A stretch of DNA of 64,000 bases from Terriglobia bacterium (GTDB lineage: Bacteria; Acidobacteriota; Terriglobia; UBA7540). Made by a program: the position numbers and the translations under genes. The DNA lies in the NCBI GenBank assembly GCA_050008675.1, contig JBEKME010000016.1, positions 14,649 through 78,648 on the forward strand. Direction: 5' to 3'. The notes beneath the pieces were generated by a model, which worked only from the letters and a program-made list of their open reading frames with translations, was not told where the DNA came from and searched no databases. Positions 36,943-47,400 of the stretch are shown here, piece by piece (position 1 is the stretch's first letter; every line of letters starts with the position of its first letter).

Positions 36943-39237
36943 TTATCTGGGGGTGAGGGTGGGTGGCTGATCGTTGGAAGAAGCCGCTTCAGCAACTTTC
37001 GAAGCTGAGTGATCCCGGGAGTAGTAATAGTTGTAATAACGATAACGCGAACTGTAGTACCCATCTGCTCGATCCTCCAGCTTGTTGAGGACAGCACCGA
37101 GAGTATTTGCGCCGGCCCGGTCCAGGATTCGACGAACCCGATTCAATGCGCCGCGCGAGGTGGTACCGCTTTCCACAACCAGAACCACGCCATCCGCCAA
37201 GGCTGAAAGAAGGATTCCATCCGTCACCAGCAACAAGGGCGGTGAATCGAACACAATGTGTTCGAAGCGCTGGCGGAGGTCCCGTACCAGCCCCTCCATA
37301 GCAGGTGACGACAGGAGCTCGGCCGGGTTGGGGGGAATCGGTCCGGGTGGAAGCAGCCACAGGTTGGGGGCTGCTGTGAAGGCCTGGAGTGCCTGCTCGA
37401 TGTCGTGCTCGCCCATGAGAAAGCTACTCAGTCCGGGTCCCGCGCCATCCGACAGACCGAGGGCCTTTAAGACATTGGGCTTCCGCAGGTCCGAATCGAC
37501 CAGCAGGACGCGGCGGCCACGCTGGGCCAGCGCCAAAGCGAGGTTGACGGAAGCGAAGGTCTTCCCTTCACTGGGATGTGCACTCGTAACCAGCAGCACT
37601 TGAGGCGGCTGCGGCGCGCTGGAGAGCAGAATCGAGGTTCGCAAAACCCGGAAAGATTCCGCCATTTGCGACCCGGGCGCACTGAGAACGGCCAATGCCA
37701 GGTTTCCATTTCCCGCTGCTTTCCGGGCGCCGTACGGGAAGTACCGGCCATACCGTCCGCGCGATGTTGTCCCGAGCGGAATCACGGCCAAAGTGGGAAC
37801 AGTTATCTCACTCTCGATGTCCTCCGCTGTCTTGATGGTGCGATCCAGGCTTTCCCGGATAAACGCCAGCGTGACTCCGAGAATCAAGCCCACCAGAAGG
37901 CCGACGGCAATATCCAGTGGCTTGTCCGGGCGGATGGGAATACTGGGAATCAACGCCTCGTCGGCCAGGCGGACGTTGGTGGCGCGCAAGCTTACCGAAA
38001 CGGTGGCATCTTTGAGACGTTTCAGCAGATCGTTGTAAAGCTGCTGGTTGGTCTCGAACTCCCCCTTCAAGATGGTGTACTGAATGAGAAGCTGGTTGAG
38101 TTTTTCGACCTCGGCTCTTTGCTGAGCTACCTCCCGGGAGAGAAGCTGCTCACGGCGCAGGGCGGTGCGGTAATCGCTCCCGATGCGCTCAATTATCAGC
38201 TTGCGTTCTCGGTCCATGAGCGACTCCACCTCGTTGATCTGATTGCGCAGTTCTTTCACTCGGTAGAAGTTCGGACCATAATGAGAAGTCGTCGCGGCAT
38301 ACTGGGTCTTGAGATCAGCGTATTTCGAGTCCAACTGCTGCAGCAGGGCGTCGTTGGCAATGATGGCCGCCTCGGCTTTGTTGCTCTGCACCGAGTCGTA
38401 CACTGATTCCTTGTTGGCGCGGTCAGTCTGTGCCGCGGTGAGGTCTTTGCTCAAATCCCCCAGCCGTTGTCCCACGACGTTCTCTTTGTCCCCGACATCG
38501 GCAATCGAGTTCTCGCGCTCATAGTCAACCAGCGCCTGCTGAGATTTCTCAACCTTGGCTTTGAGCTCGTCGAGTTGCTGTTCCATCCACGCCGAGGCTT
38601 GCCGGGTGGTTTCGTATTTGGAACGAAAACTGGACTCCACGTAATTCTTGACAAGGGCGTTGGCTACACGCGCCGCCAGGCTCGGGTCAACACTCTCGAA
38701 GCTGACCTCCACCAACCGGCTCTCATTCAGCAACTCGACATGAAGATGCTTCCTAAAAGCCCGAATCAGACTTGATTGAGTGGCAGATGGAGACCTGTCG
38801 GTGCTCGCTGGCCCGCCCTTCCCGCCAGCGCTGAGCTCCGGGGACCCAGCCGCAAGCCCCAACTGCTGTATCGTTTCCCAGGCCAAGTTGTTGTTCTGCA
38901 AGAGGTCTACTTGAGTTTGGAGGAATGCTGCGTCGGCGGCCGCGCTCGGGTTAAGCTCGTTGAGCGTTTGCAGTTGGGGGGTCTCCGCCTGAACCTCCAT
39001 GCGGGCCGTGGCGCGGTACACCGGCTTCATTCGGAAGACAACGAGCGTCACCAAAATTGTAATAATGAAGGCAACCGTGAAAACGGTGCCCCGGCGCTTT
39101 CTAAGAATCTCCCAGTAGGTATGGAACGAGTATGCGTCAGGCCTCGAAGCCTCGACGTCCAAGACGGGGTATCCAGAATACGCCGGGCGGTCAGGAGGAA
39201 CGCCGTTCGTCGGCATTAGCTTGTCATTTTCTGCCAT
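36943..39237 (-). CDS. polysaccharide co-polymerase / tyrosine autokinase (Wzc-like)
   Basis: N-terminal TM segment, a long coiled-coil periplasmic region, and a second TM segment. Walker A SAHPSEGKTFASVNLA, VLLVDSDLRKP, Walker B IVFDSPPLL. Tyr-rich tail DGYYSSRYRYYNYYYSRD. Confidence 0.9.
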   Translation of the reverse strand: MAENDKLMPTNGVPPDRPAYSGYPVLDVEASRPDAYSFHTYWEILRKRRGTVFTVAFIITILVTLVVFRMKPVYRATARMEVQAETPQLQTLNELNPSAAADAAFLQTQVDLLQNNNLAWETIQQLGLAAGSPELSAGGKGGPASTDRSPSATQSSLIRAFRKHLHVELLNESRLVEVSFESVDPSLAARVANALVKNYVESSFRSKYETTRQASAWMEQQLDELKAKVEKSQQALVDYERENSIADVGDKENVVGQRLGDLSKDLTAAQTDRANKESVYDSVQSNKAEAAIIANDALLQQLDSKYADLKTQYAATTSHYGPNFYRVKELRNQINEVESLMDRERKLIIERIGSDYRTALRREQLLSREVAQQRAEVEKLNQLLIQYTILKGEFETNQQLYNDLLKRLKDATVSVSLRATNVRLADEALIPSIPIRPDKPLDIAVGLLVGLILGVTLAFIRESLDRTIKTAEDIESEITVPTLAVIPLGTTSRGRYGRYFPYGARKAAGNGNLALAVLSAPGSQMAESFRVLRTSILLSSAPQPPQVLLVTSAHPSEGKTFASVNLALALAQRGRRVLLVDSDLRKPNVLKALGLSDGAGPGLSSFLMGEHDIEQALQAFTAAPNLWLLPPGPIPPNPAELLSSPAMEGLVRDLRQRFEHIVFDSPPLLLVTDGILLSALADGVVLVVESGTTSRGALNRVRRILDRAGANTLGAVLNKLEDRADGYYSSRYRYYNYYYSRDHSASKVAEAASSNDQPPTLTPR

Positions 39238-39346
39238 CTTGCGCCCCCGTCGCCAATTCCGCTTCCTGCTCGTGCTCCTGAAAGGCCGCGTGGCATGAAA
39301 CGCGCCAACGTGCAGAGTTTACGCCTTCACCAGCCGTGGTCAATCT

Positions 39347-40495
39347 CTATAATGGCATACGCCAAATCGTAGTATTGACAGCGGTGTTGAGGACTGTATC
39401 GAGGGTTCTCTTGACCCCGCTCTCGGGCACATAAAGGATGTCGCTAGCCAACAGTTGTTGATCCGGAGCCCGGTTCGACAGGACCTTCTTGAGGTCTACC
39501 GGGACTTCCTGTCTTCCGCCGGGAGCATCGGGCGCCTTGCGTATGATTAAGGCTTTTCCTGGCCTTGCCTCGTGCGTGAGGTTGCCCGCCAAGGCAATAG
39601 CCTTCAGCACCGTCATTTGCTCCTGGTTGTTGGAGAGGACAAAGCCCCCAGCCCGGTTCACACCGCCCACCACGTAGACAATTCCCGCCCGTTGAACCGT
39701 AACCCGATCCCCCGGATACAAATCTACGTTAAGGCTCGCGTCACCGTTCTGCCAGAGTCGCCAGACGTCAACCTTCACCGTACGTGAGATCGCTGGATTG
39801 GCATCCTGCGCGGCCCGGGCAGGGTTAAGCCCTGGCCCCCCCGGAGCATTCTCCCCGCGGGTGACAATCGCCGTGCCGCCCGCATCGTCGCTAAGACCTT
39901 CACCTTGCCCCAATACGTCGAGCAACGTCGTGTGAACGTAGACCGGATAAATGCCCGGTTTTCTTACAGCGCCGGAAAGTGTTACCGAATTCAATGCTGA
40001 AGATTTCACCGTAACGACGACTTGGGGATCCGTAAGCAGCCCGCCGTCAAGAAGATCCTTGCGAAGGGCTTCTGAAAGTTGGTCGAGCGTCAGGCCTGCC
40101 GCCATGACCGGCCGCGACAGCATGGGAAGAGTTATCATCCCATCCCCATCCACCCGATACTCGCGCGAAAGCTCTTGTACATCGACGACGTAGACGTCCA
40201 GAAGGTCGTCCTTGGCGACCACATACCGCGCTCCCACCCGGTTGCTCGGAGAGGCGCTCGAGGCTGCCGGCCTCAGGGAGGAGATCGGCGCCACCGTCGT
40301 AGGCGGAACTGGATTCTGCGCCCACGCGAGGCCACCCAGGCAAATCAAGCCAACCACAGCCAACACCGCCCCCAACTCAGCCCTCCTTCCCGGGCGCGCC
40401 GCGCCGTAGAGTAAAAGGCCACCTGCCCTGCCGCCGGCCCCGCCAAGCGACAACATTCCCAAAGCCGAACCTTTTACGCCCCACGCCATGCTCAT
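39347..40495 (-). CDS. polysaccharide export protein (Wza-like, Poly_export + SLBB)
   Basis: YVVAKDDLLDVYVVDVQELSREYRVDGDGMITLPML and GDRVTVQRAGIVYVVGGVNRAGGF. First gene of the EPS locus. AAGGAG lies upstream of the clustered GTG/ATG/ATG starts at 40498/40495/40489. Confidence 0.85.
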   Translation of the reverse strand: MSMAWGVKGSALGMLSLGGAGGRAGGLLLYGAARPGRRAELGAVLAVVGLICLGGLAWAQNPVPPTTVAPISSLRPAASSASPSNRVGARYVVAKDDLLDVYVVDVQELSREYRVDGDGMITLPMLSRPVMAAGLTLDQLSEALRKDLLDGGLLTDPQVVVTVKSSALNSVTLSGAVRKPGIYPVYVHTTLLDVLGQGEGLSDDAGGTAIVTRGENAPGGPGLNPARAAQDANPAISRTVKVDVWRLWQNGDASLNVDLYPGDRVTVQRAGIVYVVGGVNRAGGFVLSNNQEQMTVLKAIALAGNLTHEARPGKALIIRKAPDAPGGRQEVPVDLKKVLSNRAPDQQLLASDILYVPESGVKRTLDTVLNTAVNTTIWRMPL

Positions 40496-40666
40496 CACTC
40501 CTTAAGACAACTTCCACATTCTTGACCAACCTCCCTCCCGGCAAGCCGCAAGGGGGTCACACTTCCTATACTGGCACTTCGTCGGAGCAAAGAGCTTGCA
40601 GGAATCGTTTCATCCTTTCCTTCCCCTTGCCAGGAGATTGGGTTGCAAAGCAGGACTTGGCTCTGC

Positions 40667-40681
40667 CCTGTGACTCACAGG
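40667..40681. promoter_or_regulatory. perfect 15-bp palindrome CCTGTGA-C-TCACAGG upstream of the EPS locus
   Basis: Read directly, about 170-185 nt upstream of the wza-like start. Its function as an operator is only an inference. Confidence 0.25.
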
Positions 40682-41279
40682 AGAATACCTTGCAAGCCCA
40701 TCTGGCCTTTACCCCTATCTTCGGCTGGACAGAGGGGGTACTTGAGCTGGAAGAGCAAGGATTCTCCACACGGCGGTGAAATTGTTAAGGCGCCCCGTGT
40801 TTTCCCCCACCGTAGGGCAAGGCACGCCGCGGCCTGAACCCTAAACCTCGTTCGCTGCCCGGTCAGCAGCGACCCGTAGCCTGGTTCGCTCGTTTCGCGA
40901 GCTTTGTGAGCCACGCCAGCGCGGTCTGGTCAACCCTACGCCGTTTTGGTTTAACCTCAAAAGGGGACCAACCATGATGAGGTTGAATCTCACCATAGAC
41001 CCGGATCTCGATCGCGCATCGCCAGTGACACACATTTCCGAGCGGGGGATTTCGATGGCAGAATCAGAATGGGCTAAGAGAATGGCTCAGGAGTTCAAGG
41101 CTGGAAAGGCGCGAAAGGCCGAAGAGGACGCCAAGCTCCTGGAAGAGCAGAGGATTAGGAAGGAATCTGCTTCTAAACTGTGGACAGATGTCAGAAGCCG
41201 CCTCTACGTTTTGGTGTGGAACGGGATCTTATCGGCATCCTTTTGCACCCCCAACTCTTCGTCAGGGAACCCTGAATGG

Positions 41280-41897
41280 TCAGTGGCATTCACAGGACTT
41301 TCCCCTTACCGCTTCCCACCCTTCGTGCAAGATGAAAGGTGTGAGGCATAAAGCTGCGACGGGGTCTGCCCACTTTATTCCCCAGACGGCGTTGACTGAC
41401 AGTCCGGCCAGGGCAATCCAAGCCATGTAACCACAGACCGCAGATTCCGCCGCATCGGCTCTCAACGCAGCGCTTGAAGCGGTGGCTGACAACTTCCGCT
41501 TTTGAACCGCCAGCCAGGGCATCACCATAGCAGCAACAAGTAGGAGAGCTATTCCTGCAAGACTGGGGTGGACTTCCCGCTTCCCGAGTAGTGCCGCCCC
41601 TGAACCGAGGAGCACGTATGCCGCCAAGGCAAAGAGCAGGCCGCCGGCGATTCGAGTGGCTGACTCCTCGGCGTTCATTGCCGTGGAATAGAAGCGGAAC
41701 CGCCAGTAAACCACCAGAGCAGAAACCAGCTCGATTGCGCTATCGCCACCAAAGGCGAGCAAGGCCGGACTGTGAGCCCGCCAGGCCGCAATCAGGGACA
41801 CCGCCGCTTCCAGAAACATCCAGATGAGCGTGAAAGCCTGAATTCGAAGAATGCGTCGCAGGACATCGGGTGGCAGCGGCACCATTACGTCGGGCAT
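41280..41897 (-). CDS. cation-diffusion-facilitator-like membrane protein (transmembrane domain only)
   Basis: FLEAAVSLIAAWRAHSPALLAFGGDSAIELVSALVV resembles CDF TM1-TM2. About 5-6 hydrophobic segments. Start at the ATG at 41897. Confidence 0.45.
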   Translation of the reverse strand: MPDVMVPLPPDVLRRILRIQAFTLIWMFLEAAVSLIAAWRAHSPALLAFGGDSAIELVSALVVYWRFRFYSTAMNAEESATRIAGGLLFALAAYVLLGSGAALLGKREVHPSLAGIALLLVAAMVMPWLAVQKRKLSATASSAALRADAAESAVCGYMAWIALAGLSVNAVWGIKWADPVAALCLTPFILHEGWEAVRGKSCECH

Positions 41898-42024
41898 GGT
41901 CACATTATGCACGCAACGGATCGCCGAAAACACTCTCTTGGCATCATCCTGATCTTAGCCGAGTCATCCATATGCGCAGGGGGAGGCTGCAAGCCAAAGA
42001 AAACCTGTACGCAGCAAGGCGACC

Positions 42025-43584
42025 CTACGGGGCCAGCTTCTCAGAGACCACTTTGGCCTGTGTGAAGAGCAAAAGGTAGTCGCGGCCGCCGGCTTTCGAG
42101 TCTGTGCCTGACATGTTGAAGCCGCCGAAGGGGTGACCACCCACCAGGGCGCCGGTACATTTCCGGTTGAAATAGAGGTTGCCCACGAAGAAGTCCTCAG
42201 CAGCCTTATCCATCTTCGAGCGGTTCTTTGTGTACACGGCCCCCGTCAGGCCGTATTCCGTGTTGTTGGCGATCTCCAGTGCTTCATCAAAGTTCCGGGC
42301 CTTGAGGACCGCCAGCACAGGGCCGAAGATCTCTTCCTGTGCGACGCGGTCCCGGGGAGCGACGTCCGCAATCACCGTGGGTTGGATGAAGTGTCCCGGG
42401 CCGGGAGCTTCCTCGCCGCCCGTAATGAGGCGGCCCTCCTTCTTGCCGATCTCAATGTATTCCAGGATGGACTGCTTCGCCCGGGCGTTAATCACAGGAC
42501 CCATGTAGTTGTTAGGGTGCGTCGCAGGACCGACCCTAATCTGCTCCACCCGGCTCTGTAGCTTTTCGAGAAAGGCTTCATAGACCGACTCCACCACGAT
42601 GGCGCGCGAGCACGCCGAACATTTCTGGCCCTGGTAGCCGAAGGCGGAGACGGTGACGCCTTCCACCGCCGCCTCCAAATCCGCCTCACTATCCACCACG
42701 ATGGAGTTCTTGCCGCCCATTTCCGCAATGACACGCTTTACCCAGATCTGCCCCGGCGCCGCCTTCGCCGCTACCAGGTTGACACGCAACCCCACCTCCT
42801 TCGAGCCCGTGAAAGCCACAAAACGTGTTCGCGGATGTCCCACCAGGACGTCTCCGACTGAACCACCCGGGCCGGGGAGAAAGTTCACGACCCCTGGAGG
42901 CATTCCCACCTCCTCCAACGCTTCGAACAGTTTGTGCCCGATCACAGGGGAATCGCTGGAAGGCTTCAGGACCACGGTGTTACCGGCCACCACGGATGCC
43001 AGGGTCATCCCCGTGAGGATCGCGAGCGGGAAGTTCCAGGGCGGGATTACAACCCCCACCCCAAGAGGGAGGTAACGCAGAGAATTCCTCTCACCGTAGA
43101 CTGAAGTGAGGGGCTGCGGCGGGTCAAGCCGGAGGATTTCGCGCCCGTAAAACTCCGCGAAGTCGATGGCCTCCGCCACGTCCGCATCGGCCTCCGCCCA
43201 CGTCTTGCCCACTTCGTAACACATCCACGCCGCGAAATGGAACTTGCGCTCCCGTATGATCCTGGCGGTTTCGAGCGCCAGTTCAGCGCGCTGTTCAGCC
43301 GGCGTGTGGCTCCAGGTTTTGAAGGCCTCGTCTGCCGCGCGGATGGCGCGGTCCGCCAGTTCCGCGTCGGCTTTGGAAAAAACGCCAACCACCTGATCTT
43401 TCTGCCCAGGATTGTAGGAGTAAAACTTATCCTGAGTCTTGATCCTCTCACCGTTGATCACAAGGTCGTATTCCTGGCCCAACTCCTGCCGGACTTCGTC
43501 CAGTGCCTCTTTCATCCGCCTCTCGTGCTCCGGGTTGCCCTTGAAGTCGCGAAGCGGCTCATTCCTGAATTCAGTAAGTTGCAT
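42025..43584 (-). CDS. pruA: L-glutamate gamma-semialdehyde (1-pyrroline-5-carboxylate) dehydrogenase
   Basis: 519 aa. N-terminus FRNEPLRDFKGNPEHERRMKEAL, EMGGKN, and catalytic Cys in FGYQGQKCSACSR (aldehyde dehydrogenase superfamily). Confidence 0.85.
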   Translation of the reverse strand: MQLTEFRNEPLRDFKGNPEHERRMKEALDEVRQELGQEYDLVINGERIKTQDKFYSYNPGQKDQVVGVFSKADAELADRAIRAADEAFKTWSHTPAEQRAELALETARIIRERKFHFAAWMCYEVGKTWAEADADVAEAIDFAEFYGREILRLDPPQPLTSVYGERNSLRYLPLGVGVVIPPWNFPLAILTGMTLASVVAGNTVVLKPSSDSPVIGHKLFEALEEVGMPPGVVNFLPGPGGSVGDVLVGHPRTRFVAFTGSKEVGLRVNLVAAKAAPGQIWVKRVIAEMGGKNSIVVDSEADLEAAVEGVTVSAFGYQGQKCSACSRAIVVESVYEAFLEKLQSRVEQIRVGPATHPNNYMGPVINARAKQSILEYIEIGKKEGRLITGGEEAPGPGHFIQPTVIADVAPRDRVAQEEIFGPVLAVLKARNFDEALEIANNTEYGLTGAVYTKNRSKMDKAAEDFFVGNLYFNRKCTGALVGGHPFGGFNMSGTDSKAGGRDYLLLFTQAKVVSEKLAP

Positions 43585-44067
43585 CGACGTGCCTCCTCCC
43601 CAATAGACGCAAACCAGCCATTATAACGGTCCTGCGCGCAACGGCATAGGCGCCCAGGACGGCATCATCAACACCCCACAACCGTAGTACGAGCGTAGCC
43701 GGCCGCACCCAAATGACCTGGTAGTTCGGTACAGCAGTTTCGCTATGTGGGCGTGGCGTGGGCATGGGTCGCATGGCGCGCTTGCCAGCCCACCGGTCGG
43801 GGAACAACCACCCCCTGGCCCCTCCTCAATCTAGGGGGCACAGAGCAGAGGTCTGACAGGAAAAGCTTGGTGGAAGGCGAAGGTAGACGTTTTTCCCCAC
43901 CTACCACCTACTAACAACCTTTATTTTCAACAACATTCCCGCGTCGCTCCAGCATTCTTAAAGTTACTGAGCTCGTCTTCTCCCTGTTCCGAGTGACATA
44001 TTGTCTGAATTGAGCAACAGGGTTCGTTGCCTTTGTCGCACCGGCTGACACCTCTTAAGAGTCTCTC

Positions 44068-44089
44068 TCCTGAATCCTGAATCTTGATT
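44068..44089. repeat. TGAATCC heptamer array (inverted partner of 44319..44338)
   Basis: TCCTGAATCCTGAATCTTGATT is the reverse complement of the GGATTCA repeats 230 nt downstream. Confidence 0.75.
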
Positions 44090-44160
44090 GCAGTGCTCCC
44101 TAGTGTCGCGTCCCACTCAATTCTCTGCAATCGACCCTGAATGGGCATTAGCCAACGACC

Positions 44161-44202
44161 CCCTCACCCCCGGTCCCCTCTCCCCCAAAGGGGAGAGGGG
44201 GG
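44161..44202. repeat. palindromic REP-like element (CCCTCACCCCCGG-CCCCTCTCCCCC-AAA-GGGGAGAGGGG)
   Basis: Read directly. By hand alignment it is near-identical to the reverse complement of 62871..62913, which lies inside rnr. Confidence 0.85.
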
Positions 44203-44318
44203 CCGGCGAATTGTTATTGCAGACCATTAAGTGTGACACGACACTAGCATCCAGGGTATCCCCACAGTTGCTAACCAGAATCATAGCCTAGTTTCTTTCG
44301 CGTGTCAAGGGCTAAAGT

Positions 44319-44447
44319 GCAGGATTCAGGATTCAGGGGAAGAACTTTCCTTAGGGCAGGATTCAGGATTGGGGATTCAGGATTCAGGGGAAGAACTTTC
44401 CCTCTTGTTCCTTACTCCTGAATCCTGAATCCTGAATCCTGAATCCT
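44319..44447. repeat. GGATTCA heptamer arrays: 52-bp direct duplication plus an inverted (TGAATCC)4 arm
   Basis: AGGATTCAGGATTCAGGGGAAGAACTTTCC occurs at 44321 and again (minus the first A) at 44373. The arm 44415..44447 (CTCCTGAATCCTGAATCCTGAATCCTGAATCCT) is complementary. It sits 34 nt past the TonB receptor stop. Confidence 0.9.
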
Positions 44448-44480
44448 ACCGAACAGGTCTGCGCTCGTTTCCCGTATGCG

Positions 44481-47400
44481 TCACCAGGTAAGTCTCAATG
44501 CGAACTGGATTTCGCGCGGGTCGCCCGGTCCGCCCGACGCCTGCCCGGCGATGGGCTGCACCGTATTGCCGATGACCCCAAAGCTTGGGCTGCTGACGTC
44601 AGCATTGGGCAGAGTGAAGTTGGGGCTATCCAAGATGTTGAACATCTCGGCACGAAACTCGAGATTCATCCTCTCGCCCAGCGGGAACTTGCGGATGAGT
44701 GAGAAATCCCAGACGGCTTCGCCGGGACCGTTCAAGATATCCCGACCGGCATTCCCGTAAGTGTACTGCGCCGGTGTGGAAAAGGCTGCGGGATTGAGCC
44801 ACTGCTGCACGGTCTGATGCGCCGTGTAGAAGGAAACTCCGGGAACGACGTTGGGGCGGTCATTCCCATCCACGTTGTGGCTCGGGTTTCCGTCGACCGT
44901 GGGCGTAAAGGGCGCACCCGACTGGAGCATGGCAATGCCTGCAAGCTGCCAGGACCGGACAGCGTAGTTCACCACCCGGTTCGACGACTTCCACAAAGAC
45001 CTTCCGAAGGGCAGGTCATAGATGTAAGCCAGGGAGAAACGCTGCCGGTAATCGAAGTCGGAGCGGCCTTTCTCCGCCGCCCGATCGTAGGAATTCTCCG
45101 GGAAGTTCGCAGTTCCGGTGGTCCCGTAGTAAGTGGAATTCGTGTCGAGGGACTTGCCGTAAGTGTAAGCCCCAATAACTGCCAAGCCGTTCGCGTAATG
45201 CTTCTCCACTTTGACCTGGAGGGAATTGTAAGTCGACTTCCCCGCAGAATCGGTATAGGACATGGTGAGGTAGTCGGGGTAAGCACGCGGGCAAGTGCCG
45301 CCCGGACAGGCGGCGGGATTCGAATTGTCCGGTTGATTCGGGTCCCACATGAAAGGCAAGTGCACGCCATGCGTTCCCACGTAGCCCACATCGAGCAGCC
45401 ACGAACCCGGAAACTCCCGTTGCACGTCCAGGGACCACTGATGAATTGTGGAATCGTGCAAGTTGATAATCACGGGATTCAAGGTGGGGAACAGCGTGGG
45501 CGCCAAGGCGGGCGATGTGAACAGGTCCTGAAGGAAGAGGCCGGTACCGAGCGGCAGGCCACCCTGCGACGGGGGAGTCGACAGCGCTGCCAACACCGGC
45601 TGTTCGTCGTCCTGCACGTTACCCGAGCTGGCTTGGAAGAAGGGCGGGTTGAAGGCCTTTTGGAAATACAGCTCGCCCGTCATCTGGTCGTAGTACATGC
45701 CGTACCCTCCACGCAGGACCGTCTTCGTACTATTGAATGGCTGCCAGGCAAAGCCGATGCGGGGGCCAAAGTCGTGGGGGTTGGTACGCTGGAGGGCCCG
45801 GTTGTCTGTCTTGCTGCCGAGGTTTTCCGTACCCACGGCGACGAAGTTCCCCACCGGATACCCGGATGCTGTACTCGCCGGCGCGGTTCCTACAAAGTTT
45901 TCGAGGGTGGCCAGACTGGTGCCGGCCACCAGCAGTTGGCCTTTGTTGAAATCGAAACCGCCAAGGTGGTTTGCCTTGTCGGTGATCGGGGTGTTGTACT
46001 CGTAGCGCAAGCCCAAGCTGATCGTCAGGTTGCGGCGCGCTTTCCAAGTGTCCTCAGCGAAGAAGTCGTTCTCGCTCCCGGCCCCGGAAATGAATCCGGA
46101 AAAGCCGTGTATCCAGGAAGTAGGAAGGCCAAACATGGCGTCGGCCGCACCATTGCCGAAGCTGCAGCTCGCGGGCGGACATGCCTGATCGAGCTGAGCC
46201 ATAATCTGTTGGAAGGCCGCCGGCGGCAAAGCCTGCTGGAGTCCTGCCTCGACGAGCTGCCCCGTCACCACGCCGTTGAAACTGTACGAATCGCGGGCGT
46301 AAATGTCTTCATAGAAGTTGCCGCGCTTGATGGAGCGGATTTGAACGCCGTAAGCCAGGGAGTGGTTGCCGTGAATGTGAGTCAGGGTATCAGCGTACTC
46401 GAAGGTATTGACGGCGCCAGCTTGAGGAGCGCTGGTAAAGGCTCCCATCCCGTCATACGGGGTAAAGCTCAGGTTGGGGGATCCGGTATCGCGGAGGGCC
46501 GTGGGCGCGCCCAGGATTCCGAGTTGCTGGTTGACCATGTCTCCCTGGTCCTCGCTAGTCCAGCCGTACTGCCAGCGATTGTAGTCAACCTTAGCTTCAT
46601 TGATAAGCGTGGGCGAGAAAGTGTGGACCCAATCCAGACCTGTCGCCGTGAACCAATCGACGCGTCGGAGTCCGAAACCTGGGACGCCCGTGGGCACGCC
46701 GGAGGGCGACAGTTCGGAATCCGTGCTGAGGTTGTAGCGGAAAAAGATGCTATTCTTCGATCCCCAGCGATGGTCGAACCGGCCGACATAGCTATTGGTG
46801 TTAATTATTGTCAGGACGGGCTGCGTAAAGTTCTCTCCGCCGCAACTCGCCGCCAAATTGGGCTGGGGGTAAAAATTGACCATGGCCTTGCCCACCGGGT
46901 CGAGGGTTCCCGAAGGGAACGCCGGCGCCAAGTTATTGACGTTGTTGCCCGGTACCGTGAGCGGCGCCGAAGGGTCGAATAGGATCAAAGGATCGAGCAA
47001 AACGGTCTGAGTACTGCAATCGGGCGCCTCGAGGTCGGAAAAGTCCCCGTTGCGCTCCGCCATCGTGGGCACGTGGGCGCGACTGTAGGATGAGAGGCGG
47101 TCTTGCAGACCTTCGTAGTTAAGAAAAAAGAAGGTCTTGTCGTGACCGTCGTAAAGGTGCGGGACCACTATGGGTCCGCCCAGACTGACGCCAAACTGGT
47201 TGCGATGGAAAGGCAGCACTTGGGGCTCGAAAAAGCTCCGCGCGTCCAGCGCGTTGTTGCGCAGGTATTCGTAAAGTGACCCGTGGAGCTGGTTGGTCCC
47301 GGACTTCGTCACCATGTTGATTTGGGCACCCCCGGTGGTGCCGAACTTGGCGTCGTAGACGCCCGTCTCCATGCGGAATTCCGCGATCGAATCGAGCGGC

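Noticed and set aside
40974-41351. 125-aa ORF in the EPS leader region
   Set aside because: It has no recognisable motifs and a low-complexity C-terminus, and it overlaps the convergent CDF-like gene by 72 nt. A shorter real peptide (MAESEWAKRMAQEFKAGKARK...) cannot be excluded, but it is unsupported.
44817-46982. 721-aa plus-strand ORF
   Set aside because: It lies antisense to the TonB-dependent receptor, whose own frame has clear signal, CarboxypepD_reg and barrel features. It is a shadow ORF.
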